DNA of 64,000 nt from an uncultured cyanobacterium (GCA_963706595.1 OY970166.1:352001-416000), one strand, 5' to 3'; numbered from the stretch's first letter, positions 10,244 to 21,389 are shown. The notes: generated from the letters alone by a model not told the origin. A program made the numbers and translations.

Positions 10244-11082
10244 CGCATCCGCACACTACCCGCCTGACAATCTCGCAACCAAGTTTTAACTGCTTGGGCA
10301 ATTACACCCTTGCTACTATCCCTGGGGGGCGATACTACTTGTTGTTGTTGAGGATAAGCACCAATTTGGGTAAACATCATTACTAAACGCCACCCAGAGT
10401 TTGTTTTTGTTAATAGAAGCCAGTGAAACTGTTGCGATTCAACGATTTTACCAGCTATATACTGCCGTTCTAAAGTAGTAAAGAAAACTTGCTCTATTCC
10501 TGTTGCTTTACTTTTCTGCTCATCGGCGTTGTATCCACCAGAGTTAATGGGTAGGGGCTGAAACTCTGGTTTTCCTGCTAGTATCACATAACTGTAAATA
10601 TCACTGCTACGACTGCGACGGCGGGCGCGTTGAGTAACACGGTTTGCATAACTTGGTAAATCTTGCAATAGCTGAGTAGTTAATAATTCTAAACTTTGTT
10701 CAGAACAAGTCGAACTTAAGCCATTTTTAACTGCTTGACTCTGAGTTAGGAAAACAGGTGTATTGGCCTCACTGTTCACGGGATATGGAAAAACCAACGC
10801 GAAACCTAACCCCCTAGCCCCCTTCCCTACCAGGGAAGGGGGAAAAGTCAAAGCCTCTCCCCTTGTAGGGGAGAGGTTTGGAGAGAGGTTTTCTAGATGC
10901 CGTGAAAAGTCAGGTGTATTGGCAAATGCTGAGTTATTGATGCTATTTGCCGCTACTAGCCACAAGCCGAAAGCGCAAAGCCATAAGCCATAATTTTTGT
11001 TTTTGACAAATCCAAAATCCAAAATCCTCAAGCCCCTAGATTTATCTGTGGAATCAATCAAAATCCAAAATCCAAAATCCAA
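10183..11082 (-). CDS. Conserved-type cyanobacterial hypothetical protein with in-frame MITE insertion; start uncertain
   Basis: LLQDLPSYANRV...QVFFTTLERQY core; the first ~25 codons derive from heptamer repeats. Confidence 0.7.
   Translation of the reverse strand: MDFGFWILIDSTDKSRGLRILDFGFVKNKNYGLWLCAFGLWLVAANSINNSAFANTPDFSRHLENLSPNLSPTRGEALTFPPSLVGKGARGLGFALVFPYPVNSEANTPVFLTQSQAVKNGLSSTCSEQSLELLTTQLLQDLPSYANRVTQRARRRSRSSDIYSYVILAGKPEFQPLPINSGGYNADEQKSKATGIEQVFFTTLERQYIAGKIVESQQFHWLLLTKTNSGWRLVMMFTQIGAYPQQQQVVSPPRDSSKGVIAQAVKTWLRDCQAGSVRMRQSQLLPPSEPPLSQLLLLP
10767..10914. mobile_element. 148-bp MITE, copy 1
   Basis: TIRs CCTCACTGTTCACGG / CCGTGAAAAGTCAGG; 8-bp TSD TGTATTGG at 10759-10766 and 10915-10922. 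Confidence 0.88.
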
Positions 11083-11099
11083 AATCTAAAATCTAAAAT
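11008..11099. repeat. AAAATC(C/T) heptamer tract with embedded CAAGCCCCTAGATTTATCTGTGG dispersed repeat
   Basis: Related composite at 19737-19824; related CAAGCCCCTG motifs at 46928-47056. Confidence 0.75.
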
Positions 11100-11119
11100 T
11101 GTGTAGTTAACTGATACTT

Positions 11120-12500
11120 TTAACCGAGACATTCTCCGACATTTGAGATATCGTGAACATCCAGTACAACATCACCAACTGAGTCAGTGAAGGTGGTATC
11201 CCACATTGCCTTGAGGAAAATCCCCACGGCTCCATTAAAATCACGCGGTATTTCATAACCACAATTAGGGCAAAAAAAGTTCTTAGAACTACCAAGTTTT
11301 CTATGAGTGTTACCGCATTTAGTGCAAGTCTTCGATGTATATTCTTCAGTTATCCTTACCAATTTGGAACCGTAGCGGTTACACAAATGCTCAAGGGTTT
11401 GAGAGAACTGATAGAATGCCCAAGTCATCATCGCACGGGAAGTCTTATTTCTTAACTTCCGCTTCTTTTTAACAACCATTTGGGAAGTTTCAAAGGTGGG
11501 AAGTACAATCACATCGTAGTTTTTAGCTAGATATGACCCGACTTGTTTATGGCACTCAGAGCGTAGATTCTTGATTCTGGTTCTGAGTCTTTCCATCCCA
11601 AGTCTTATTTTGTATCTCAGACGCTTAAACTTATTTCCAACGCTACTATCATGTCTTGATTTTAGTTTATCCAGGTGTGAGCAAAGTTTAGCTATTTTGC
11701 TGAAATCCCCATTGCCAAACTCCAAGAAATCGCTACCGTCAAAACCAGTCATAAAAGTTCTAATGCCGGGATCAAGTGCGATTACTTTATTTGTCACACT
11801 TACCGTTTGCTCCAATTCTACGGGGAAGTGAGCGAACCAACGACCTTTGTTATAGGTCAATTCTGTTGACCCATCAGTTAGAATGCAAAAGTCTTGTCCT
11901 CTAAATTCAGGTGGTGGTAGATGTTTGGTAGTTGACACCATCCACCTACCATTTTTGTAAGCAGTAGGGTCAAACTGAATGGTTAATTTCTGGTCACGAA
12001 TACTTCGGAATTTGGCAATTTTTAGTCCGGCTTGAGGATGTGGTTTTTTATCTTGACCCTTACCAATAGTCTTTGGATTCTTAGCCGTTTCTGACCATGC
12101 TTTGTACGCTTCCATTGAAGCGTTGTCTAGTATCTTAGAAACGTTTAAGTCTAAACACCATTGGGGTATTAATCCAGAACCTTTAAGCATGGTTCTAAAC
12201 CCCATCTTTCCACCTTTCTTGCCTACTTTACTAAAACCTTGATTTTCGTTCAGATAGGCGATTGAGATGTTATAAACTTTACGAACAGCAGCAACCCATT
12301 TCTTCCAAATAATCTCAAGTTCCTTTACTGGGTATACTCGGTAGCTCACTGTCTTCAGCAACTTGTTTTTTGTACTTTCTAAGCCCGTACAATCGACAAC
12401 TGAAGACATGGATAATGGCAAGGATATCTTCGACCATTTCCCGTTCTGGGCTGAGGTTCGTTTGGTTGAGAACCAATATCTCAGTCTGCTGCCTAGCACA
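11120..12500 (-). CDS. tnpB: TnpB RNA-guided nuclease, Fanzor2/pro-Fanzor-like; start uncertain (frame continues upstream)
   Basis: RuvC-I ALDPG, VIVLPTFET, TEEYTSKTCTKC...CPNC zinc finger, RuvC-III RDFNGA. Confidence 0.88.
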
Positions 12501-13000
12501 ATCCATGAGATAAGATCGAACCCAAAGCGACAAAGCCGATCTTTGTGGGCAATGACAACAAGTTTGCAAGTGTTTGTGAGAACTCTGTCCAGTAAGGTTT
12601 GAAGACCTTTTCGTTTGAAATTGAGTCCGCTTCCGATGTCGGTGATGATTTCTGCGTCGGGGTAACGAGCAGCAAGAAACTCAATTTGTTGAGAGAGGTC
12701 GTTTTTCTGACCGCGACTTGAAACCCTGGCATATAAAAGGGTAGCTCGTTCATCTGCGGGATTACCGCGTCGAACAGGGATAACTGAATCGAGGTTATAT
12801 CTTCTTTGCCCCCCCTGAGTGAAGATACCTTCAATTTTCCCGTCTTCAAGCCACCTTTCGAGCGTTTTGGTGCTGACTCCCAGTCTGGTAGCAGCGACTC
12901 TTGGAGGTACATAGTTTATTGGCATGGACTAAGTTTGTTACTTGTCCTACTATACCACAAAATGTCTGGGTATGTCTGACTATGTTAGGGTAAATTAAGT
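11124..13000 (-). mobile_element. IS607-family element (serine recombinase TnpA plus TnpB)
   Basis: GG dinucleotides (minus strand) at 13001-13002 and 11124-11125; GACAT/ATGTC short repeats near both ends; no TSD. Confidence 0.82.
12315..12925 (-). pseudogene. tnpA: IS607 TnpA serine recombinase, frameshifted at ~12500
   Basis: N-terminal HTH, YARVSS catalytic motif, DIGSGLN, DRLCRFGF; C-terminus ILVLNQ...EMVEDILAIIHVFSCRLYGLRKY lies in another frame. Confidence 0.88.
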
Positions 13001-13734
13001 CCTATTTTTAACTCCTCAATAATCTTATTCCAGGCTAACTCAGGTTCAGCCGCCGCAGTGATGGGACGACCAATTACGAGGTAGTCTGCACCGGCTTTGA
13101 TAGCTTGGGCGGGGGTAAGCGATCGCCTTTGATCTCCCTTATCTGCCCATGAGGGGCGCACACCTGGACAAACGAGCAAAAAGTCATCTCCACAAGTTTG
13201 GCGTAACTGTGCAACCTCCTGGGGTGAGCAAACAGCCCCATTCAACCCGCATTCCTGCGCCATCAGGGCCATTTCTAAAGCATATTCTGGTAATTCCAGA
13301 GGAACTTTCAAATCAAAAGCCAGTTGTCTCGAAGAAATACTCGTCAGCAGGGTAATGGCAATTAATTGCGGTGGTTTAACGCCCGCTTGGGTTGCCCCTA
13401 CCTGTACCGCTTCAGTTGCCGCTTTCAGGGCATCTTTGCCAGCCGTGGCGTGAATCGTGAGTAAATCCACCCCGTAACTAGCAGCACTACGACAAGCCCC
13501 CGCTACAGTATTGGGAATATCGTGAAACTTTAAGTCTAAAAATATCCGTTTTTGCCGGGATTTTAAAACTTCCAGGATTGTGGGACCAGAACTAGTAAAT
13601 AATTCTAAACCCACTTTCCAGAAACTTACTTGCGGCAATTGATCTACAAGCGCGATCGCACTTTGTAGATCCGGTACATCTAAAGGCACAATTATTTGGT
13701 CATTAGCCCTTCGGCTACGCTCAGGGTAAATCAT
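12985..13734 (-). CDS. pyrF: Orotidine-5'-phosphate decarboxylase
   Basis: [12 protein letters not shown] signature; VIGRPI. Confidence 0.97.
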   Translation of the reverse strand: MIYPERSRRANDQIIVPLDVPDLQSAIALVDQLPQVSFWKVGLELFTSSGPTILEVLKSRQKRIFLDLKFHDIPNTVAGACRSAASYGVDLLTIHATAGKDALKAATEAVQVGATQAGVKPPQLIAITLLTSISSRQLAFDLKVPLELPEYALEMALMAQECGLNGAVCSPQEVAQLRQTCGDDFLLVCPGVRPSWADKGDQRRSLTPAQAIKAGADYLVIGRPITAAAEPELAWNKIIEELKIGLNLP

Positions 13735-13747
13735 TGGTCATTAGTTA

Positions 13748-14947
13748 TTAGTTCTTTACCAGTCGGACAAACTTATTTTTACCAACTTGCAGCACACGCC
13801 CGTGTAATTCACTAGACTGCTCAAAAGTGGTATCAAGATCAGTGATGCGATCGCCATCGAGACGCACCCCACCTTCTTGAATTTTGCGTTTACCTTCCCC
13901 TGTACTTTTGCACAAACCAGTGACATTGAGAAGATACGCTAACTTCACAGGAAACTCTGACACTTCAGTTAGGGAAAACTCTGGAACTGCGCCTTCCTTC
14001 CCGCCGCTTTTTGCAGCTTCCTTAGCCTCATTAGCGGCTGTCTCACCGTTGTAATGTTTAACGACCTCATAAGCTAAAAGCATTTGGCGATCGCGGGGAT
14101 TTTCTGGCAATTTTTCCAAAGGTAAATCCGTCAACAATTCAAAATACTGAGACAGCAAATTATCAGGAACACCTTGTAACTTCTGATATTTTTGGGCAGG
14201 GTGTTCTGACAAGCCCACATAATTACCCAGGGACTTAGACATTTTTTGCACACCATCTGTACCGATTAAAATCGGTAGCAGCAGCCCAAACTGGGGCTTT
14301 TGTCCAAAATGGCGTTGCAAATCTCGCCCCACAGCGATGTTAAACTTCTGATCAGTTCCCCCTAATTCCACATCTGCCTCGACAGCCACAGAATCATAGC
14401 CCTGCATCAATGGATATAGGAACTCATGGATAAAAATAGGATTCTCTTTTTTATAACGTTCAGCAAATCCCTCCTTAGCCAACATCTGCCCCACCGTCAT
14501 CGTCGAGAGTAACTCCAGAATCTTCCCTAAATTCAGCCCGGAAAGCCATTCAGAGTTATAACGCACCTCCAAACGTCCTGGTGTGTCAAAATCCAGAATA
14601 GGGCGCACTTGGTCAAGATAAGTTTGAGCATTTTGTGCCACATCTGCCTCTGTTAGCTGACGGCGTACCTCAGATTTACCTGTAGGATCGCCAATACGAG
14701 CTGTAAAATCACCAATAATGAGAACTGCTGTATGACCAGCATCTTGAAACGCGCGCAGTTTGCGTACTGGTATGCTATGACCAAGATGAATATCAGATCC
14801 TGTCGGGTCAATTCCCAATTTGATCCTTAAAGGTCGGTTCGTAGTTACCAAGCGCTTCTCTAAACTGTCAGTTTCACTATCAGCATCAATTGGTTGGGGA
14901 AAAATTTCTACTATTCCACGATGTAGCCAAGAAAAATTTTGCGTCAT
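13748..14947 (-). CDS. tyrS: Tyrosine--tRNA ligase
   Basis: [13 protein letters not shown] (HIGH), KMSKS, GGTDQ, C-terminal S4 domain; ATG at 14947. Confidence 0.97.
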   Translation of the reverse strand: MTQNFSWLHRGIVEIFPQPIDADSETDSLEKRLVTTNRPLRIKLGIDPTGSDIHLGHSIPVRKLRAFQDAGHTAVLIIGDFTARIGDPTGKSEVRRQLTEADVAQNAQTYLDQVRPILDFDTPGRLEVRYNSEWLSGLNLGKILELLSTMTVGQMLAKEGFAERYKKENPIFIHEFLYPLMQGYDSVAVEADVELGGTDQKFNIAVGRDLQRHFGQKPQFGLLLPILIGTDGVQKMSKSLGNYVGLSEHPAQKYQKLQGVPDNLLSQYFELLTDLPLEKLPENPRDRQMLLAYEVVKHYNGETAANEAKEAAKSGGKEGAVPEFSLTEVSEFPVKLAYLLNVTGLCKSTGEGKRKIQEGGVRLDGDRITDLDTTFEQSSELHGRVLQVGKNKFVRLVKN

Positions 14948-15120
14948 ACTCAGAGATTCGCTATTAACTACGCTTTTTACTTTATAAGTTGGGTTGGTTA
15001 TATTCACTGGCAATTTGTCCGTACTCTAATCTACCGAATTAATATAATTGCCAAAAACTAACCGCCTGACTTCATTGAATTAATTACAGTTATATTTACC
15101 AGTGAGGAAGTAAGAACGCC

Positions 15121-17042
15121 GTGTCGTCTTCTAGGACTTTTACAAATAAGCAGCCACAACGTCAGGCTTCATCGGGTTTTGAGTTTTTGAAAGGAGTAGG
15201 CCAAGTAACGGGCGGTACTCTGCTATCAATCACAATGCTGACAAGCTCTATTGTAGCCGGAGGGCTGGTTGGTCTGGCTATTAGTTTCCGTAATTTACCA
15301 GATGTCAGACAGCTACGTAACTTTTTGCCATCAGAAACAACTTACATTTATGACATTAATGGCAAACTGTTAACAAGTCTTCACGGTGAAGCCAACCGAG
15401 AAGTCATACCCCTAGATAGAATTTCCCCAAATCTGAAACGGGCAGTATTAGCCAGCGAAGATAGTCATTTTTACGACCATCACGGCATCAATCCCAGTGG
15501 TGTCGGACGGGCTTTAATCGTTAACTTGGTAGCAGGTAGGGTGCGAGAGGGCGGCTCTACCATCACCATGCAGTTGGTGAAAAATTTGTTTTTATCTCAA
15601 AAACGTGCCTTTACTCGGAAGTTAGCGGAAGGAGTACTGGCAATTCGATTAGAGCAAATTCTCAGCAAAGACCAAATTTTAGAAATGTACCTCAATCAAG
15701 TTTATTGGGGTCATAATAATTATGGTGTACAAACGGCAGCACGCAGCTATTTTGACAAATCAGCAGAAATATTAACCTTGGCTGAGTCAGCAATGATGGC
15801 GGGTTTAATCCAAGCGCCAGAAGAATTCAGTCCCTTTGCGAGTATGGAATTGGCAAGACGCAAACAAAGGGAAGTTTTGGGGCGGATGCTGGAATTGAAG
15901 TGGATCAGCCAGCAAGAACATGATGATGCTCTCAAACAAGAGATCAAATTTGGTCGCATCAGGTCATTCCAAGGTAGTGCCTTACCTTATGTCACTAATA
16001 CTGTGTCTCAAGAATTAGTCCAAAAATTTGGGCGTGAGGCGTTGATTAAAGGTGGAATGCGTGTGCAAACCACTGTTGATGCGGAATTCCAAACGATGGC
16101 GGAAAAAACTGTCACTAAGTGGCAGTAACAACTTGAGCCGTCAAGGGTTGCGTGATAATCAAATTGCTCTGGTAGCCATTGACCCCCGCACACATTTTAT
16201 CAAAGCACTGGTAGGCGGTGTAGACTCTAAAACTAGCGAATTCAACCGTGCCACCCAAGCCCAGCGTCAACCCGGTTCTGCTTTTAAACCCTTAGTATAT
16301 TATGCTGCTTTTGCTACTGGTAAATATACACCAGACAGCACAGTACAAGATTCGCCAGTCAGTTATCGAGATGGTAGCGGTTGGTACAGTCCGAGAAACT
16401 ACGACGGTGGCTTTCAAGGAGCAATATCAATACGGTCAGCCTTAGCCCAGTCTCGCAATATCCCGGTGATTAGGTTGGGTAGAGCTATAGGCATGAATAA
16501 AGTCGTAGAAACCTCCCGTACCTTGGGAATCATGAGTCCGATGGCACCTGTAACTTCCTTACCACTGGGAGCTATAGGCATTACACCCCTGGAACTAGCT
16601 AGTGCTTACGCTACCTTTGCTAATTATGGCTGGCAATCACCAGCCACAGTGATTGCTCGTGTTACCGATAGTAGTGGTAATGTCTTGCTAGATAATACAC
16701 CCAAACCCCAGTTAGTTCTAGATCAATGGGCATCAGCAGCAACTATCGATGTGATGCGTTCCGTAGTCACTTCGGGGACTGGTAAAGGTGCAGATATTGG
16801 TCGTCCCAGAGCGGGTAAGACAGGCACAACTTCATCGGAAAAAGATATTTGGTATGTCGGTACTGTGCCACAGTTGACAACTGCTGTCTGGATAGGTAGA
16901 GACGACAACAGACCATTATCTAGAGGTGCAACAGGTGGCGGTATGGTAGCTCCCATCTGGAAAGATTTTATGCAGCAAGCTCTCAAAGGTGTACCTTCAG
17001 AGAACTTTAAACCACCTTCTGGGTTTGCGCCCCAAACCCTAA
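15121..17042 (+). pseudogene. Class A penicillin-binding protein (PBP1A family) with two apparent frameshifts, possibly assembly errors
   Basis: Transglycosylase EDSHF/GGSTITMQL/RKLAE; transpeptidase SAFK, SRN, KTG in the next frame; shifts near 16125 and 17030. Confidence 0.85.
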
Positions 17043-17103
17043 ATAAGAAGGGATTTTGGATTAACTGCCCATCCAAAATCCCTCACATAAAATTCATAAT
17101 TCA

Positions 17104-17427
17104 CTATTGCTGTTTTTCTAGTTCGGTTTTCATCCGCTGTAGGGTAAGATTCATTTGCTCAAACATCTGTTGCGGAGTCACACCGAATTGACCTAATTGT
17201 GTCTTGAGTTGCTGCACAGTCATCTGCGCCATAAAATCTTCTGACAGCTCGAATCGCTTCATAAAGACGCGATAGCGATCCATCATAGTTTCCATTTGCT
17301 CAATAAACAGCTTTTTGCCCTCGCGATCAAACTTGCCGTAGTTATTGCCAAGATTGATTAGGGCTTGATAATCTTCAAACAGCTGTTTTGCTTCTTGCTG
17401 AACTATATCAGAGTCAAAGAATCCCAT
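17104..17427 (-). CDS. DUF1825-family cyanobacterial protein
   Basis: MGFFDSDIVQQEAKQLF...FDREGK...KRFELS pattern. Confidence 0.8.
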   Translation of the reverse strand: MGFFDSDIVQQEAKQLFEDYQALINLGNNYGKFDREGKKLFIEQMETMMDRYRVFMKRFELSEDFMAQMTVQQLKTQLGQFGVTPQQMFEQMNLTLQRMKTELEKQQ

Positions 17428-17667
17428 TTTACTTATATTCAACTGAGTATTGAGACTCAGCAGCTTAATATTTTTGCCTCTGTCACTATTTTAGTCTAGG
17501 GAATTCATCTAGGGAACAAGTTTCGGTTTCAGTACGGTTTTTTACCGGAATTTCAACACTTGACTGGGGGAGAAGAAGCAGGGGAGCAGGGAGCAGGGAG
17601 CAGGGGGGAGGAAGCAGGGGAGCAAGGGGAGGAAAGATTTTGACTTCCTATTTCCAATAATTAATGA

Positions 17668-18096
17668 CTAATGATTAATGAAATCCAACATGATGCGCTG
17701 ATGTATAGTACCTAAAGGTCGGATTTCATCGGCGATGGGTGAATAACACTTACCTTGGCGAATGTCTTCGGGCGTTAATAATCCCATGTCCCAGCCTTCG
17801 TTTAAAACAAGTTGGTTTAATTCTAGTAGGAGTGGTGCATGAAAGACATGACGAACAACAGCATCATCTTCATAACAAGCGAATTTTACAAATGATGGTA
17901 GGGTGTAGCCGATTTCTTCGATAACTTCTCGCTTCACTGCTACATCGGGCGTTTCACCAAGTTCGATATGTCCACCGAATAGCCCCCAGTAACCAGGGTA
18001 GAGAATACCAGGGATATTGTCTCGCAGTTGCATGAGAAACTTGTCTTCTTGGTAAAGAATTGCGATCGCCACATGGACTGGTTGCTCATTCATCAA
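17668..18096 (-). CDS. NUDIX hydrolase
   Basis: GGHIELGETPDVAVKREVIEEIG Nudix box. Confidence 0.92.
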   Translation of the reverse strand: MMNEQPVHVAIAILYQEDKFLMQLRDNIPGILYPGYWGLFGGHIELGETPDVAVKREVIEEIGYTLPSFVKFACYEDDAVVRHVFHAPLLLELNQLVLNEGWDMGLLTPEDIRQGKCYSPIADEIRPLGTIHQRIMLDFINH

Positions 18097-18124
18097 TTTA
18101 TACTAGTAATTTATCTTTAAAATC

Positions 18125-18526
18125 TTAACTTTCCTCTATGTAGGCTTCCCCAAACTCTTGGTCAGCTAAGGGAATACTTTTGTAGCGAACTTTACCCTTA
18201 ATTACTACTTGCTCCCCCTCTTTGAGATTGGGTTGGTTAGTAATCACCCAAATTTTACCAGTAGAGTCATTAATTTGATATGCCCATTGCTTAACTAAGG
18301 GAACTTGTTTTTCTACCTTACCTTGGACGTAAACTATAGTTTCCTGGTCTGTTTCTGGTTTAATTTCCTGTATCAGGGTGACATTACTACCAATAGTGAA
18401 TTTACCGACGTTTAAGCTCGGTGTTTTCCAGGAACTACAACTATAAAGTCCCGCTACAAGTAACAAAGCCATCCCTACGCGGTAAGGAATAATACTGTCA
18501 AGGTGAAATCTTTTTGTTGGTTTCAT
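18125..18526 (-). CDS. Hypothetical lipoprotein (OB-fold-like)
   Basis: Hydrophobic leader with LYSC lipobox-like motif; YQINDSTGKIWV. Confidence 0.65.
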   Translation of the reverse strand: MKPTKRFHLDSIIPYRVGMALLLVAGLYSCSSWKTPSLNVGKFTIGSNVTLIQEIKPETDQETIVYVQGKVEKQVPLVKQWAYQINDSTGKIWVITNQPNLKEGEQVVIKGKVRYKSIPLADQEFGEAYIEES

Positions 18527-18784
18527 GAAGTCAGTTCCCTTTCGTAAATTTAAGGGGGATTATTCCCCATTCCCCATTACCCTTTATATTTCATTCCTTC
18601 GCTGTTCAGATGAGGCTGTTGATCTGAGAAGATAAACAATATGAGTATAGTCTTGTGAATAGAACGACGCTAAGGCACTAAGCAGCAAGGCCTTCATAGT
18701 CAATAGGCAAAAGTTATTTACGACTGTTGACTCGGCTGCAAAGACAGCAAATGTGAATTAAAGGCGAGTCTTGTAGGGATTCTC

Positions 18785-19660
18785 ATGGAAACAAAAACTG
18801 CCAAACTTCTCGATGGTAAAGCTTTAGCTGAAAAAATTCATCAGGAACTTTCAGCTATGACTACCCAAACACAAGCAAAAATTGGGCGATCGCCTGGTTT
18901 AGCTGTATTAATGGTGGGGGATAACCCAGCCTCAGCTGCTTATGTACGCAACAAAGAACGAGCTTGCGCTAAAGTCGGTATTACTTCTTTTGGCCAGCAT
19001 TTTCCCACAGAAACCACCCAAGGGGAACTAGAATCAGTCATTGCGGCACTCAACCAAGATGAACGTGTGGATGGTATTCTCGTCCAGTTACCTCTCCCTA
19101 GCCACTTGGATGCGGTAGCCCTGTTGAATAAAATCGACCCAGACAAAGATGCTGATGGACTGCATCCAGTTAACTTGGGGCGCTTAGTGCGGGGAGAGGC
19201 TGGTTTACGCAGTTGTACACCCTATGGTGTCATGCGGCTATTGCAGGAATATGAAATTTCTTTGCCGGGAAAACACGCTGTGGTGGTGGGACGCAGTATT
19301 TTAGTAGGCAAACCAATGGCATTGATGCTACTGGAAGCTGATGCGACTGTTACCATTGCTCACTCGCGATCGCTCAACCTTGGTAAGATCACGAAGAATG
19401 CTGATCTGATCATTGCAGCTGTCGGTCGCCCAGGATTAATTACTGGCGAGATGGTAAAATCAGGCTCCGTTGTGGTAGATGTGGGGATGAATCGTGTAAC
19501 AGATGCCAGTGGCAAAAGTCGCTTAGTCGGTGATGTTGACTGGGAATCAACGGCTGGTGTAGCGGAATATATCACTCCAGTTCCTGGTGGTGTTGGTCCG
19601 ATGACTGTTGCCATTTTATTGCAAAATACCGTCGCCAGCTATTTGAAAAAGGCGAAGTAG
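18785..19660 (+). CDS. folD: Bifunctional methylenetetrahydrofolate dehydrogenase/cyclohydrolase
   Basis: [36 protein letters not shown]. Confidence 0.97.
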   Translation: METKTAKLLDGKALAEKIHQELSAMTTQTQAKIGRSPGLAVLMVGDNPASAAYVRNKERACAKVGITSFGQHFPTETTQGELESVIAALNQDERVDGILVQLPLPSHLDAVALLNKIDPDKDADGLHPVNLGRLVRGEAGLRSCTPYGVMRLLQEYEISLPGKHAVVVGRSILVGKPMALMLLEADATVTIAHSRSLNLGKITKNADLIIAAVGRPGLITGEMVKSGSVVVDVGMNRVTDASGKSRLVGDVDWESTAGVAEYITPVPGGVGPMTVAILLQNTVASYLKKAK

Positions 19661-19914
19661 TTGTGAGTTGTGAGTTATGAATTCTAAATTTTTAACTCCT
19701 CACCCCTCACTCATGACCAATAATGGCTTAATGGTACAAGCCACCAGATTTATGTGTGGAATCAATCGAAAATCCTCAAGCCCCTAGATTCTAAATCCAA
19801 AATCCAAAATCTAAAATCTAAAATTGTTTGACTTTTTCTGTGCCAGAGCATCTTAAAATTGTGACGGATCAGATAAACAGCCAAACGTCCCTAGAAATTG
19901 AAGGAATTTTAAGA

Positions 19915-20844
19915 ATGGTAGCAGCTGATAACCTCCAGAAACTCAAAGAGGAAGCCACCTTTAACCTAGCCGCCTATCTCAAAGAGCGGCAAAAGCTTTG
20001 TGAAACTGCTCTGGATCAGGCTATTCCGGTCATTTATCCAGAAAAGATTTATGAATCCATGCGCTACTCGCTATTAGCTGGAGGTAAGCGTCTGCGCCCC
20101 ATTCTCTGCCTTGCTACCTGTGAAATGATCGGCGGCACAATTGAAATGGCCATGCCCACAGCCTGTGCAATGGAGATGCTCCATACAATGTCGTTAATTC
20201 ACGACGACCTGCCAGCGATGGATAATGATGATTACCGTCGTGGGAGGTTGACAAATCACAAGGTTTATGGTGACGATATTGCAATTTTAGCTGGAGATGG
20301 CTTGTTGGCTTATGCTTTTGAATTTGTTGCCACTCAAACCCCTGAAAACGTTTCTAGAGAGCGAGTGTTGCAGGTGATAGCTCGTCTCGGCAAAGCCTTG
20401 GGGGCTGCTGGCTTGGTGGGCGGTCAAGTGGTTGACTTAGACTCAGAAGGTAAGACAGATATTCCTCTAGAAACCCTGAATTTTATTCATAACCACAAAA
20501 CGGCGGCTCTTTTAGAGGCTAGTGTTGTTTGTGGGGGCGTAATCGCCGGAGCATCTTCAGAAGATGTGCAACGACTTTCTCGCTATTCTCAAAACATTGG
20601 TCTGGCATTTCAGATCATAGATGATATTCTGGATATCACTGCTACACAGGAGCAATTAGGTAAAACTGCTGGTAAAGACCTCATCGCTAAAAAAGTTACC
20701 TACCCCAGCCTTTGGGGAATTGAACAATCACGCTCCAAAGCTCAACAGCTAGTGGAAGCAGCCTGTAAAGAATTAGAAACATTTGGTAAATTAGCACAGC
20801 CACTCAAAGCGCTGGCTCACTTTATTACCAGTCGCAATCACTAA
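19915..20844 (+). CDS. crtE: Geranylgeranyl diphosphate synthase
   Basis: [34 protein letters not shown] at 19915. Confidence 0.93.
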   Translation: MVAADNLQKLKEEATFNLAAYLKERQKLCETALDQAIPVIYPEKIYESMRYSLLAGGKRLRPILCLATCEMIGGTIEMAMPTACAMEMLHTMSLIHDDLPAMDNDDYRRGRLTNHKVYGDDIAILAGDGLLAYAFEFVATQTPENVSRERVLQVIARLGKALGAAGLVGGQVVDLDSEGKTDIPLETLNFIHNHKTAALLEASVVCGGVIAGASSEDVQRLSRYSQNIGLAFQIIDDILDITATQEQLGKTAGKDLIAKKVTYPSLWGIEQSRSKAQQLVEAACKELETFGKLAQPLKALAHFITSRNH

Positions 20845-20933
20845 ATCAAACCTGGATTTGGGATTTTGGGTTGCATTGAAATATTTCCTCAGAAAATAAT
20901 TGCTGCTAAATTTACTCACCGAACCAAAACACC

Positions 20934-21389
20934 ATGCAGGACATAGGCCACATTTTAGATAACCGGGTGCTGTTGGTTGCTCTGGTAGCTTGTTTAATTG
21001 CTCAAGTATTGAAACTTGTAGTTGAGGTAGTCAAAAATCGGAAACTGAATGTCCGTGTTTTAGTGACAACTGGAGGTATGCCCAGCGCCCATTCAGCTTT
21101 GGTGACAGCTCTAGCAGCTGGTGTAGGACAAAGTCTTGGTTGGGCATCGCCTGAGTTTGCTTTGGCTACAGTTTTTGCCATCATCGTCATGTACGATGCC
21201 GCCGGAGTCCGTCAAGCTGCTGGTAAACAAGCGCGAATTCTCAATCAAATGATTGATGAATTATTCCATGAAAAACCAGACTTTAGCCAAGACCGTCTCA
21301 AGGAATTATTGGGACATACACCAGTGCAGGTGATAGCTGGTTCAGCTTTGGGTATAACCATCTATTGGTTAGCTCGGTCTGCGTACTAG
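20934..21389 (+). CDS. Divergent PAP2 (DUF212) family protein
   Basis: TGGMPSAHS, YDAAGVR, LKELLGHT. Confidence 0.9.
   Translation: MQDIGHILDNRVLLVALVACLIAQVLKLVVEVVKNRKLNVRVLVTTGGMPSAHSALVTALAAGVGQSLGWASPEFALATVFAIIVMYDAAGVRQAAGKQARILNQMIDELFHEKPDFSQDRLKELLGHTPVQVIAGSALGITIYWLARSAY

Noticed and set aside
9936..10301. Alternative-frame ORFs 9936-10289 (+) and 10101-10301 (-)
   Set aside because: Shadows of the low-complexity Ser-rich repeat; the 9908 frame has the RBS
11124..13000. IStron (group I intron-IS607 hybrid)
   Set aside because: Only ~75 bp between the left end and the tnpA start, too short for a ribozyme core
17566..17635. Functional G-quadruplex/ncRNA in GGGAGCA tracts (also ~37295, 46870, 62930)
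   Set aside because: Matches ordinary Nostocales heptamer repeats; nothing locus-specific
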